Shown here piece after piece: positions 7,057 to 15,938 of a stretch of DNA of 27,914 nt. Within the stretch, counting starts at the first letter, position 1. Each line of letters begins with the position of its first letter. The DNA is from Candidatus Heimdallarchaeota archaeon (lineage in GTDB: Archaea; Asgardarchaeota; Heimdallarchaeia; Heimdallarchaeales; Heimdallarchaeaceae), in the NCBI GenBank assembly GCA_016840095.1, contig JAEOSZ010000077.1, forward strand, positions 1 through 27,914. The letters run 5' to 3'. The position numbers and the translations under genes are program-made. The notes below the pieces were generated by a model. The model searched no databases and had not been told where the DNA came from. It saw nothing but the letters and a program-made list of their open reading frames with translations.

Positions 7057-9819
7057 ATGAACAAACGAAAAGTAATGAAAACAACATTCATTATTCTACT
7101 TTTTACGATTGCTGTGATAGGGGGATCAAACCAAGCTGCACAAGCTCTAAATTATAACTCATCTACCCCAAATGAAGAAATACAAGAAGTAGAATCAAAT
7201 CCTACTCAAGAAGTAGGAATTCAGCAGACAGCTGATACTATTGACATATGGATAGTACAAGAGTATGAAGTTGCGATTTATGATTTAGCGTATATAGAAT
7301 GTCATGTATTGAGTCTCTATGCAATTGATATTGATGCTCTGATTGAAGTTTGGATACAATATTCAAATGGAAGCAATTTTCTAATCTACACTGAAACTCG
7401 AGTTCTCCATCCAATGTTAGAATATGTCTTCAATGTAGTACATGCATTCACATCACTCGGATATCATTTAGTGAATCTCAAAGTAATGGATCTTACTAAT
7501 GATCAAGAAGTAACAACTGAGTGTGAATGGTATGTGTATGATGGATATTTAGAAATCGACATTATGCAATATTTCGAAGCACAAGTAGGTATAGAAACAT
7601 CTATGGACATCTATATTTACAATGGGTATGCAATTGCAAAAGATCTCTACATAGAAGTGATCATCGACAATGGAACGCACCAGATTCAAATTTATGAAGA
7701 AACGAAAACAGTAGCCGCATATGATACTTACATAGTTACTATCTACTGGACTTTTACGTGGGCTGATTATTATGATGTTATCCTTCATGTATTAGATTTA
7801 ATGGCTGATGTAGATTGGTATTCATACTGTTATTTCTATGTGTATGATGGATTTATTGACATCGTAATTGAACAAAATTATGAAGCATGGATAGGCATCG
7901 AAGAGAGGATTCAAATCTGGGTATACAATTATTATCTAATTGATATCACTGCAAATATCGAAGTGTGGATTGACAATGGAACTCATTCATTTATGATCTA
8001 TCAAAAACTTGGTGAAGTTATTGTTTATGGAACATACTTCATGGACGAAATCTTCTATACGTTCTTATACGAAGGTTTTTGGGATCTTTATGTAAATGTA
8101 TATGTAATTGAACTTGACATTTATTGGCTAGAATATTGTCCAGAAGGTTGGTATATTTTTGGTGGTTACTTCGATGTCTGGATTTACCAAAGGTACGAAG
8201 CTTTTATTCTTGAAGAAGTAATGATGTATTGCTGGATTCAAAACAACTATGCTGTTGATAGAGATATCTCAATAGAAGTATGGATTAGTAACGCAACGCA
8301 TGATATACAGATATATTTTGATCTTTATACGATAGCTGCAGGAGAACTATACAACTTCACAGTTTTGTGGACTTTCTTCTACATAGATTATTGGGATGTA
8401 AAACTAATTGTACTTGACATAGTTTCTGACATTTACTATGTTGATTATTGCTACTGGTACGTCTATGGAGGTTACTTTGACTTATTTATTTATCAAAGAA
8501 ACTATGGTATGGTAATGCAAGTTCTTTTTATGACTTTCCAGATATTTAATTACTATCCAGTTGATAAAGATGTTTTTATAGAAGTACTGATTTTTGATGG
8601 AACTGATTATGTTAGTATTGTAGACGTTACAACGACAGTTACAGCCATGGGTTTCAACACATTTTCTCACGGAATAATATTTCCTCTACCTGGATACTAT
8701 GAAGTAATATTAGTTGTTACAGAACTAGACACAGGATTAATATGGCTAGAATACTGTTGGTGGGAGATTTTCGATGAATATATTGATGTCTGGATCATTC
8801 AAGAAAGCAAAGCAGCAGTTGGACAACCAGTTATTATTGAATTCTACATTTTCAATTATTATGCTGTAGATGCTAATGTTGACATACAAGTTTGGATAAA
8901 TAACGGAACGTATGATGACCTAGTTTATGGTGTTTCAGGAGTGACGGTACCAGCATTTGGTGTTTATAACTTTACGATAAATCATGTATTCCTAAATCCA
9001 GGACTTCATACGGTAACGATCAAAGTAATAAATAGTGCTACAGGAGGATTGCTTTGGGAAGAAAACTGTTTCTGGAAAGTTTACATTGGTGGTTATATCG
9101 ATGTTTGGATAATTCAGGAATATGAAGCAGCTGTAGGACAAGAAGTTTGGATGGAATTTTATGCAAAGAACTACTACAGTTTTGATGTGCCAATTTATGT
9201 AGAAGTAAGAATAGATACGGGGAACGGAACGATAATACTCTATTCAAATACACTAACGATACTAGCAAATCAATTGCTCTTTTGGAACTTATCGTATATC
9301 TTCCTTTATCCTGGACTTTATCACATATATTTCATAGTAGTTGAACTACAAACGGGTAACGTATGGATAGCTGAATGTAGATGGAAAATATATGCTATTG
9401 ATGATGGTTATTATGATCTCTGGATAGAACAAGGATACTATGGAGAAGTAAACGTAGAATACGAAATGCAATTTGGTGTTGGAAACTACTATTCAGTAGA
9501 TAAAAATCTCACAATCGTTGTGAAAATAGTTAAGGGACCAAATGAATGGATACTCTACAATGTAACGATGATTGTTACTGCAATGACAACGCACAGCTTC
9601 TATGTGTATTGGACACCAACTGAATTAGGATGGTATGATGTCTATTTGATAGTAACAGACAATACAACGGGACTAGTCTACGTAAAAGATTGTTGGTGGA
9701 AGATTGAGGATCCAGTAGTTATTCCAGAATTCAGTGCAATGACATTGATACCAATAGTTACTGCACTTTCAGCTGCATTATACTTAGCTCTTCGAAAGAA
9801 AAGAAAACTTAAACACTAG
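7057..9819 (+). CDS. Large cell-surface protein with eight ~103-aa Ig/CARDB-like repeats and PEF-CTERM anchor
   Basis: Signal peptide, then eight repeats running from D-x-W-I-x-Q to C-x-W-x-[VI]. VVIPEF (PEF at 9724-9732) is followed by a TM helix and RKKRKLKH. Many N-x-S/T sequons. Confidence 0.85.
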   Translation: MNKRKVMKTTFIILLFTIAVIGGSNQAAQALNYNSSTPNEEIQEVESNPTQEVGIQQTADTIDIWIVQEYEVAIYDLAYIECHVLSLYAIDIDALIEVWIQYSNGSNFLIYTETRVLHPMLEYVFNVVHAFTSLGYHLVNLKVMDLTNDQEVTTECEWYVYDGYLEIDIMQYFEAQVGIETSMDIYIYNGYAIAKDLYIEVIIDNGTHQIQIYEETKTVAAYDTYIVTIYWTFTWADYYDVILHVLDLMADVDWYSYCYFYVYDGFIDIVIEQNYEAWIGIEERIQIWVYNYYLIDITANIEVWIDNGTHSFMIYQKLGEVIVYGTYFMDEIFYTFLYEGFWDLYVNVYVIELDIYWLEYCPEGWYIFGGYFDVWIYQRYEAFILEEVMMYCWIQNNYAVDRDISIEVWISNATHDIQIYFDLYTIAAGELYNFTVLWTFFYIDYWDVKLIVLDIVSDIYYVDYCYWYVYGGYFDLFIYQRNYGMVMQVLFMTFQIFNYYPVDKDVFIEVLIFDGTDYVSIVDVTTTVTAMGFNTFSHGIIFPLPGYYEVILVVTELDTGLIWLEYCWWEIFDEYIDVWIIQESKAAVGQPVIIEFYIFNYYAVDANVDIQVWINNGTYDDLVYGVSGVTVPAFGVYNFTINHVFLNPGLHTVTIKVINSATGGLLWEENCFWKVYIGGYIDVWIIQEYEAAVGQEVWMEFYAKNYYSFDVPIYVEVRIDTGNGTIILYSNTLTILANQLLFWNLSYIFLYPGLYHIYFIVVELQTGNVWIAECRWKIYAIDDGYYDLWIEQGYYGEVNVEYEMQFGVGNYYSVDKNLTIVVKIVKGPNEWILYNVTMIVTAMTTHSFYVYWTPTELGWYDVYLIVTDNTTGLVYVKDCWWKIEDPVVIPEFSAMTLIPIVTALSAALYLALRKKRKLKH

Positions 9820-9842
9820 TTTTCCTCTTTTTCTCTTTTTTT
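9820..9842 (+). terminator. Oligo-T terminator
   Basis: Pyrimidine/T tract immediately after the stop. Confidence 0.55.
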
Positions 9843-9919
9843 ACTTCATTTCTAATACCATTGCAATAGATTTTTAAAATTTAATTTTCGAAAGAGTACA
9901 TCTTATATGGTGAAATGTA

Positions 9920-10876
9920 ATGAAGAAATATTTAGTGACAGGAAGTTATGGTCAAATAGGAATGGATCTTATTCCAGCAATGTTAGAAAGATATGGGAAA
10001 GAAAACATTGTTGCCACAGGAAGAAAGAAGATTCCAAAAGAATTCAAAGAATTAGATGTTATTTACAATCGACTAGATATCAGAGATCAATATGGTCTTA
10101 GACGTCTACTTGTAGATTATGATATTGATATTATAATTCATAATGCTTCTGTTTTGTCTGCAACTGGTGAAAGAAATCCTCAACTCGCACATTCTATCAA
10201 CTTTGAAGGATTTTACAACGCACTTGAAGCAACACGTGAATTGAAACTTGAACAATTGTTTGCACCATCTTCAATTGCTGCTTTTGGTCCCACAACTCCA
10301 TTGGATAATACTCCAAATACAACAATCATGGAACCAACTAGCATATATGGAATTTCTAAAGTCTATACCGAGCTTATGGGTAACTATTATAAGCAAAAAT
10401 ACGATTTGAACTTCAGAAGTCTTCGATATCCTGGAGTTCTGAGTCCTGAGGAACCAGGTGGTGGTACAACAGATTATGCGATCTGGATCTTCTATGAAGC
10501 GATTAAGAACAAGAAGTATGAATGTTTCCTTGGTCCAGATGTTGAGCTTCCAATGATGATGATGTCAGACTGTTTGAAGTCAACCTTTGATCTTATCGAA
10601 GCACCTGAAGAAAAACTCAAACACCGTACATTCAATGTTACTGGTATGAGTTTCACTCCTGAAGTTTTAGCAAATGCAATTAAGGAATATATTCCTGATT
10701 TTGAGATTACTTACAAACCAGATTTCCGTGATGATATTGCACGCACTTGGCCTCATAGCTTAGACGATAGTACTGCTAGAGAAGAGTGGGGATGGGATCC
10801 TGAATACCCATTTGATAAAATGGTTACTGCTATGCTTGATGGAGTAAGTGAAAAGTTAGGTATTCCTTACAAATAA
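9920..10876 (+). CDS. tdh: L-threonine 3-dehydrogenase, SDR/epimerase type
   Basis: TGSYGQIG, LSATGE, PSSIAAFG, YGISK (YxxxK), PGGGTTDYA, IARTWP. GGTGA Shine-Dalgarno at 9909-9913. Confidence 0.88.
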   Translation: MKKYLVTGSYGQIGMDLIPAMLERYGKENIVATGRKKIPKEFKELDVIYNRLDIRDQYGLRRLLVDYDIDIIIHNASVLSATGERNPQLAHSINFEGFYNALEATRELKLEQLFAPSSIAAFGPTTPLDNTPNTTIMEPTSIYGISKVYTELMGNYYKQKYDLNFRSLRYPGVLSPEEPGGGTTDYAIWIFYEAIKNKKYECFLGPDVELPMMMMSDCLKSTFDLIEAPEEKLKHRTFNVTGMSFTPEVLANAIKEYIPDFEITYKPDFRDDIARTWPHSLDDSTAREEWGWDPEYPFDKMVTAMLDGVSEKLGIPYK

Positions 10877-10898
10877 TTTCTTTTTCTCTTCTTTTTTT
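10877..10898 (+). terminator. Oligo-T terminator
   Basis: T-rich tract after the stop. Confidence 0.55.
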
Positions 10899-10947
10899 AA
10901 CCTCTCTACTTCTTATCTCAAAATAGTTAAATATCCAATCAATCATT

Positions 10948-12630
10948 ATGGTTTATATGGTTATAAGAAAATACGTTGTCAAATCAACTGTTATCTTCTT
11001 ATTGTTGCTACTTATTCCTATGTTTGTTCAAACAACTCAAGCTCAATTATTTGTAGAAGAGATAACCTATCCTGATATTGAAACAACATGGCCATATGTT
11101 CCTCTAATTTATGACAATCAGTACCATAACGAAACAGCTCTTTGGGAAGAGGTTCTGAATTTCGAATTAACTGCACCAGAGATAATTGATGTTGAAACAA
11201 TAGGAACTAGTTATCTCGGAAAGAAAATCAAAGTTGTTAAAATTACAAACGAACTTAAAACCTATCAAAAAGCTAAAACCTTAGTAGTTTCTCATCACCA
11301 TGGTCGTGAACAAATCTCTGTAGAAGTTGCATTACGTTTCATTCAGCGATTAGTGAATATGTATCATCATAGTCACACAATAAGTAACTACATTGATACT
11401 CAAGAAATCTATGTTATCCCAACACTAAATCCAGATGCTCTAGATATCGTAGTCAATGATGGAGACAATATGCTGAGAAAGAATGCTAGACCTTATGATG
11501 ATGACCTAGATGGTGCTTTTGATGAGGATCCAGTAGATGATGTAAATCTAGATGGAGTTATTTCGTGGTATACTACTTATGAGAAGAATGGAACTGATTG
11601 GATTTACCTTTCTACTGAATATGAAGGAATTGATAACGATCTTGATGGTTCTGTGAATGAGGATCTTGTTGGACACATAGATTTGAATAGAAACTATCCT
11701 ACATTCTTCAGAGAAGGTTCAGGATGGAATCCTGATTCTTTAGCAGGAAACTATCCAGGAGACACAGCTTTTTCAGAACCTGAAGTTCAAGTATTTAGAG
11801 ATTTTGCGCTACAACATCGTTTCGCTATGGCATATTCTCTTCACTCTGGAACTAATGCCTCGTATTTCCCAAGATACTCTCATAATTTCTATAATCCTTC
11901 ACTTGCTTGGGATATGTATAGTGATTTTCAATCTATTCTTCCTGATTATTCATTCCATACAAACGATAATTTTTATCCACCTGAAGCAGATCCTTGGGTT
12001 TTTGGAGGATTATGGGATAACTGGATGCTATTTGAAAGAGAATCACTCCTGCCAATGACTTGGGAATTATATGGTAATTCTTCAGCTCTTGATGAACCAA
12101 TTATATTTGAAAACTCAACTCACGTAATTACCGAATGGAAAGGCATAAACAATTTCTATGTTCCAGAAGAACCATATATCAATGACTTATGGAATGATGT
12201 TCAACCAGCTTTTGACTATTTGCTCGAAAACACACCTTATCTAGACATAAGTGCGACTTTGAGTTCTGTAGACGATCAACCAGGAGATAAAGTGAATCTC
12301 TATTTCAACTGCATCAACTATAGTCCTAGAATGTCTTCTGTAAAGGAAATCAATGTTTACAATGATCTTGGGGGAATTCTTCATGCTGGTCCATCAGCAG
12401 ATCCAGATTATGCAACACTAGTACATGCTCAATTTAACCTTCCCTTAACTTTTGTAGATACTATGCCTATTACGATAGGTAATGACTATGTAGGTTATTA
12501 TGAATTTACTCTTACTTCAGATGGAATTCCAGTCGTGCCTGAAATAGGTTTTTCTATTATAGGAATAGTGATAGTCAGTTCAGGTCTAAGTATATACTTT
12601 ATTGGTAAAAAGAAACTACAAATCAACTAA
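10948..12630 (+). CDS. Secreted M14 zinc carboxypeptidase with PEF-CTERM-like anchor
   Basis: HHGRE (HxxE), NPD, RKN, DLNRNY, SEPE, SLHSG and WELYG (catalytic Glu). Signal peptide; VVPEI followed by a TM helix and KKK. Start may be ATG 10957. Confidence 0.9.
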   Translation: MVYMVIRKYVVKSTVIFLLLLLIPMFVQTTQAQLFVEEITYPDIETTWPYVPLIYDNQYHNETALWEEVLNFELTAPEIIDVETIGTSYLGKKIKVVKITNELKTYQKAKTLVVSHHHGREQISVEVALRFIQRLVNMYHHSHTISNYIDTQEIYVIPTLNPDALDIVVNDGDNMLRKNARPYDDDLDGAFDEDPVDDVNLDGVISWYTTYEKNGTDWIYLSTEYEGIDNDLDGSVNEDLVGHIDLNRNYPTFFREGSGWNPDSLAGNYPGDTAFSEPEVQVFRDFALQHRFAMAYSLHSGTNASYFPRYSHNFYNPSLAWDMYSDFQSILPDYSFHTNDNFYPPEADPWVFGGLWDNWMLFERESLLPMTWELYGNSSALDEPIIFENSTHVITEWKGINNFYVPEEPYINDLWNDVQPAFDYLLENTPYLDISATLSSVDDQPGDKVNLYFNCINYSPRMSSVKEINVYNDLGGILHAGPSADPDYATLVHAQFNLPLTFVDTMPITIGNDYVGYYEFTLTSDGIPVVPEIGFSIIGIVIVSSGLSIYFIGKKKLQIN

Positions 12631-12712
12631 GAAACTATACTTTCTCTTAAAACAGGTATTCCATCAAAAGATTTACTCTTCTTTTTCTTCTATTTTTCAG
12701 AACTTGAGTTGT

Positions 12713-12994
12713 TTAATCTTTCATCTTTTCATCAGAAGCTATTGGATCTTCAACAGAATCTATTGCTTCTGCAAGTTCTTTTAACGGAACCTTTATCCTC
12801 TGGAGACCAATAAATTCGAGTTCTTTTACTTCATAATCTTGATGAAAAGCTGCATAAATAAAAATTGCTTGACGAGTATTATTGTAAAGTTCATCCAAAC
12901 TCTTACCTCTTGCTTGCAAACCTGGAAGTTCTATAATTGAACTAATATAAATTCCTTGTTTGTCTTTTTCTATGATCATAGTGAAAGTTCTCAT
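12713..12994 (-). CDS. HicB-like (UPF0150) antitoxin domain protein
   Basis: FTMIIEKDKQGIYISSIIELPGLQARGKSLDELYNNTRQAI matches the HicB N-terminal pattern. Confidence 0.8.
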   Translation of the reverse strand: MRTFTMIIEKDKQGIYISSIIELPGLQARGKSLDELYNNTRQAIFIYAAFHQDYEVKELEFIGLQRIKVPLKELAEAIDSVEDPIASDEKMKD

Positions 12995-13272
12995 TCAATA
13001 CTCTCCTATTAGTTATCCTATATTCAAGTTCTAAATAAATAGTTTTGCTATACTAGTCTCTTTTGTAGATTTCAGTAACTCACGCTGGGATGATATATTT
13101 AATTCATTATTGATTATTCTTGAGAATACTCTAAGTCTTGACGTTTGTTATAGATTAAAAGGTATTGTACTAAACAAAAGAATAATGAAATTGTCTAAGA
13201 GATTAGGTTTTTACTTAATTTTCTTAGTAATACATTTTTACCGAGTATATATATGAATTTAATAAAATATGT

Positions 13273-13289
13273 TCAGCGTTAGACGCTGA
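13273..13289. promoter_or_regulatory. Perfect inverted repeat TCAGCGT-N3-ACGCTGA, candidate operator
   Basis: GC-rich 7-bp dyad in an AT-rich divergent intergenic region, about 100 nt upstream of ATG 13387. Confidence 0.4.
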
Positions 13290-13386
13290 GTAAATCAAGA
13301 CATGGCTTAAAAAGTTAAGATTATCCTCTTTGGGACGATTTTGCTTTTTTGTTTTGATTTAACAAAATTAAGAAAATGGTGAAAAT

Positions 13387-13995
13387 ATGACAGTCACTCA
13401 AGCAAGATTTAAACTCCCAAGGAGTCCTTTTATCGGCTTTCGACTCAATCCAAAGTACAAGAGTTGGTGGATTAGTATAATCATGACTATCCTCATAGCT
13501 GTTCCAATGGCATTAATCATGGCATTGATTGTATATGGACCCGTAGATTTAGCAAAACACTTCGCTTTAAACCTCGTAGCAGCTGGACCAGTAGCTTTCT
13601 TTGCAGCTCATTTTGGCTATAATGGTATAAAGATAGGTAAAGTTACACTCTTACCTGGAATAGGACCTTTCGCTGAAAAAGTAGCAAAATATGATTTTGG
13701 TTTAGCTATGAGATCTCAACCTATGAAAAAGATGCTCACAACTGGACGCTTTTGGATTTTTGGATTAATTGTTGATGCTCTACTATGTGTAGAAATAGCA
13801 ATAATTGTATCCTTCATTAAAGTTCCTTGGCTAGCTATGCATTTCGCTCCAGGGTGGGGTAAAGCATGGATGATCGCTTTTGGTCAAGCTTATGCTCTGG
13901 CATTTGGTATAGCTTTAGTAGGAATACTTCTAACAATCTGGTTGCTTAAAATCTGGATGTGGAAACCTTCAGGTCCTCCACCTCAAGCAGAATAA
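13387..13995 (+). CDS. Polytopic membrane protein, probable tandem DUF2798-like repeats
   Basis: Two similar units (MALIMALIVYG...AGPVAFFAA and IAIIVSFIKV...AYALAFGIA). GGTGA Shine-Dalgarno at 13378-13382. Confidence 0.65.
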   Translation: MTVTQARFKLPRSPFIGFRLNPKYKSWWISIIMTILIAVPMALIMALIVYGPVDLAKHFALNLVAAGPVAFFAAHFGYNGIKIGKVTLLPGIGPFAEKVAKYDFGLAMRSQPMKKMLTTGRFWIFGLIVDALLCVEIAIIVSFIKVPWLAMHFAPGWGKAWMIAFGQAYALAFGIALVGILLTIWLLKIWMWKPSGPPPQAE

Positions 13996-14006
13996 AGCAA
14001 TAGATA

Positions 14007-14026
14007 TTCTCTTTTTTTTCTTTTTT
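14007..14026 (+). terminator. Oligo-T terminator
   Basis: T8-C-T6 tract after the stop at 13995. Confidence 0.5.
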
Positions 14027-14098
14027 CAACAAGAATAAAACTTTATATTATAGTTGTCTCTTCTCCGTTCATCGAGATTCACAGTGGAATGTATATTT

Positions 14099-15829
14099 AT
14101 GGTCTCTCAAGATGTAGAACAAGTTAAAGCTGATATTATTAAGCAATATGAAGAAATGACTCCCAAATCCAAGGAGCTATTTGATGAAGCTGTCAAATGG
14201 TTACCAGGAGGAGGAACAAGAAATATTACTCACTTTTATCCCTATCCATTTTATGTTACTAAAGGTGAAGGTACTTACTTAGAAGATGTTGATGGAAACA
14301 GATACATTGATGTTCAAAACAATATGACAGTTCTCCTCCATGGACATGCTCATCCAAAAATAACTGAAGCATTACAAAAACAAGCAGAATTAGGAACAGC
14401 ACATAATGCACCTACATCAGGTCAATACGAATTAGCTAAAATTCTTTGTGAAAGAGTTCCTTCAATTGAAGAAATTCGATTTTGCAATTCTGGAACTGAA
14501 GCTACAATGTTTGCCATAAGAACTGCAAGAGTTTTTACTGGTAAAGATGGACTGATGATAATGGATGGTTGCTATCATGGAAGCCATGATTATGTCAGTG
14601 TCAATTTCGATTCAGCTCTTCTAAATGAAGGTATGCCTGAACCTGGAGTGGAAAAGGGTATTCCACAGAATGTCCTAAAAGATATTTATGTTGTGCCAGT
14701 AAATGATTTGGATGCAGCAGAGAAAATGATGAAGAAACATCATAAAAAAATAGCTGCTGTAATAATAGAACCTGTTATGGGTTATGCTGGAGGAGTTTTA
14801 GCAAGTGAAGAATATCTTAAAGGTTTGAGAGAACTAACAAAGAAGTACAACATTCTACTAATATTTGATGAAGTTATCACTTTCAGATTATCAACTGGTG
14901 GAATGCAAAAAGTCTATGGAATAACACCAGATCTCACAGCTCTTGGAAAAACTATTGGTGGAGGTCTTCCAGTTGGAGCTTTTGGAGGACGAAGAGAACT
15001 TATTGAGCAATTCAATCCAACTAAGAAAAATTTTGTTATGCACTCAGGTACTTTCAGTGGGAATGCTATGGTTATGTCTGCAGGAATTGCAGCACTTGAA
15101 ATGTATGATGAAAATGAAGTTGAAAGAGTAGGTAATCTTGGTGATAGACTGAGAAAAGGTCTTCGTGAGATAATGGATGGTCTTGGTGTAGATTGTTATG
15201 TTGGTGGGTATCAATCCATAACTTACATTCAGTTTCCAGATGTTGTAGCTCAGAATAAGAGAGAAATTTCTTTTAACACAATTCCTTATCTTGAATTATC
15301 TAAGTACTTGAGAATTGCAATGCCAATAAATGGTTTGTACGGAATATCTAGAGGCGTAATTGGTTTCATGCTTTCTACTGCAATGGATGAGAAAATCATT
15401 GACGAAGTTTTGGTTAAATTTAAGAAAACTATGGAGATGGTCTTACCTATTTATGAAGATTTGAAACCATACAAAGGTTTTGCAGGCATAATTTACTCGA
15501 TGCTAAAAGACCTTAACTTAAATGAGGAATTTGCAAAAAATTACTCTGATGATGACTACTCTATCTTGCTAGTAGCAAAGGATGATCCTTTTGCAGTACG
15601 AATAGTAATAAAAGATGGAAAACTTACTTTTACACCTATAGAATATACCAAGAGTGATTTGAAAACATTAAAAGAAGGAACAGATGGGAGTATCATCACA
15701 ACCAGATCAACTTTCTTGGGATTAGGAGTAGGCAAAGTCAAACCTCTTAAAGCAATCCTGCAAGGAAGATTGAAAATCAAAGGTAGGAAATATGTCCAGA
15801 AATTTACAAATTATTTCTCCTTACTTTAG
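14099..15829 (+). CDS. Class III PLP aminotransferase (GSAM-like/beta-transaminase-like) fused to C-terminal SCP2 lipid-binding domain
   Basis: RFCNSGTEA, YHG, FDEVITFR, LGKTIGGGLP (PLP Lys) and SGTFSGN. The last ~120 aa end in GKVKPLKAILQGRLKIKG, an SCP2 signature. ATG 14099 preferred. Confidence 0.85.
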   Translation: MVSQDVEQVKADIIKQYEEMTPKSKELFDEAVKWLPGGGTRNITHFYPYPFYVTKGEGTYLEDVDGNRYIDVQNNMTVLLHGHAHPKITEALQKQAELGTAHNAPTSGQYELAKILCERVPSIEEIRFCNSGTEATMFAIRTARVFTGKDGLMIMDGCYHGSHDYVSVNFDSALLNEGMPEPGVEKGIPQNVLKDIYVVPVNDLDAAEKMMKKHHKKIAAVIIEPVMGYAGGVLASEEYLKGLRELTKKYNILLIFDEVITFRLSTGGMQKVYGITPDLTALGKTIGGGLPVGAFGGRRELIEQFNPTKKNFVMHSGTFSGNAMVMSAGIAALEMYDENEVERVGNLGDRLRKGLREIMDGLGVDCYVGGYQSITYIQFPDVVAQNKREISFNTIPYLELSKYLRIAMPINGLYGISRGVIGFMLSTAMDEKIIDEVLVKFKKTMEMVLPIYEDLKPYKGFAGIIYSMLKDLNLNEEFAKNYSDDDYSILLVAKDDPFAVRIVIKDGKLTFTPIEYTKSDLKTLKEGTDGSIITTRSTFLGLGVGKVKPLKAILQGRLKIKGRKYVQKFTNYFSLL

Positions 15830-15938
15830 AAGAAAAAGATATCTCTTTTTCTAGTTTTTTTACTTCAAGATGTAAAAATTATGTCTTGGTAAACAACCCT
15901 TTTAAGTATCCAAGTTTTTTTTCATTGGATTGAATTTA

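Noticed and set aside
7549-9268. Short antisense ORFs within the surface-protein gene, and similar 60-125 aa overlapping ORFs elsewhere (e.g. 16214-16558, 18617-18961, 24931-25203)
   Set aside because: They overlap well-supported genes, carry no motifs and have antisense-type composition.
14099-15829. hemL (glutamate-1-semialdehyde aminomutase)
   Set aside because: Lacks the VNSPVRAF signature and carries an SCP2 domain.
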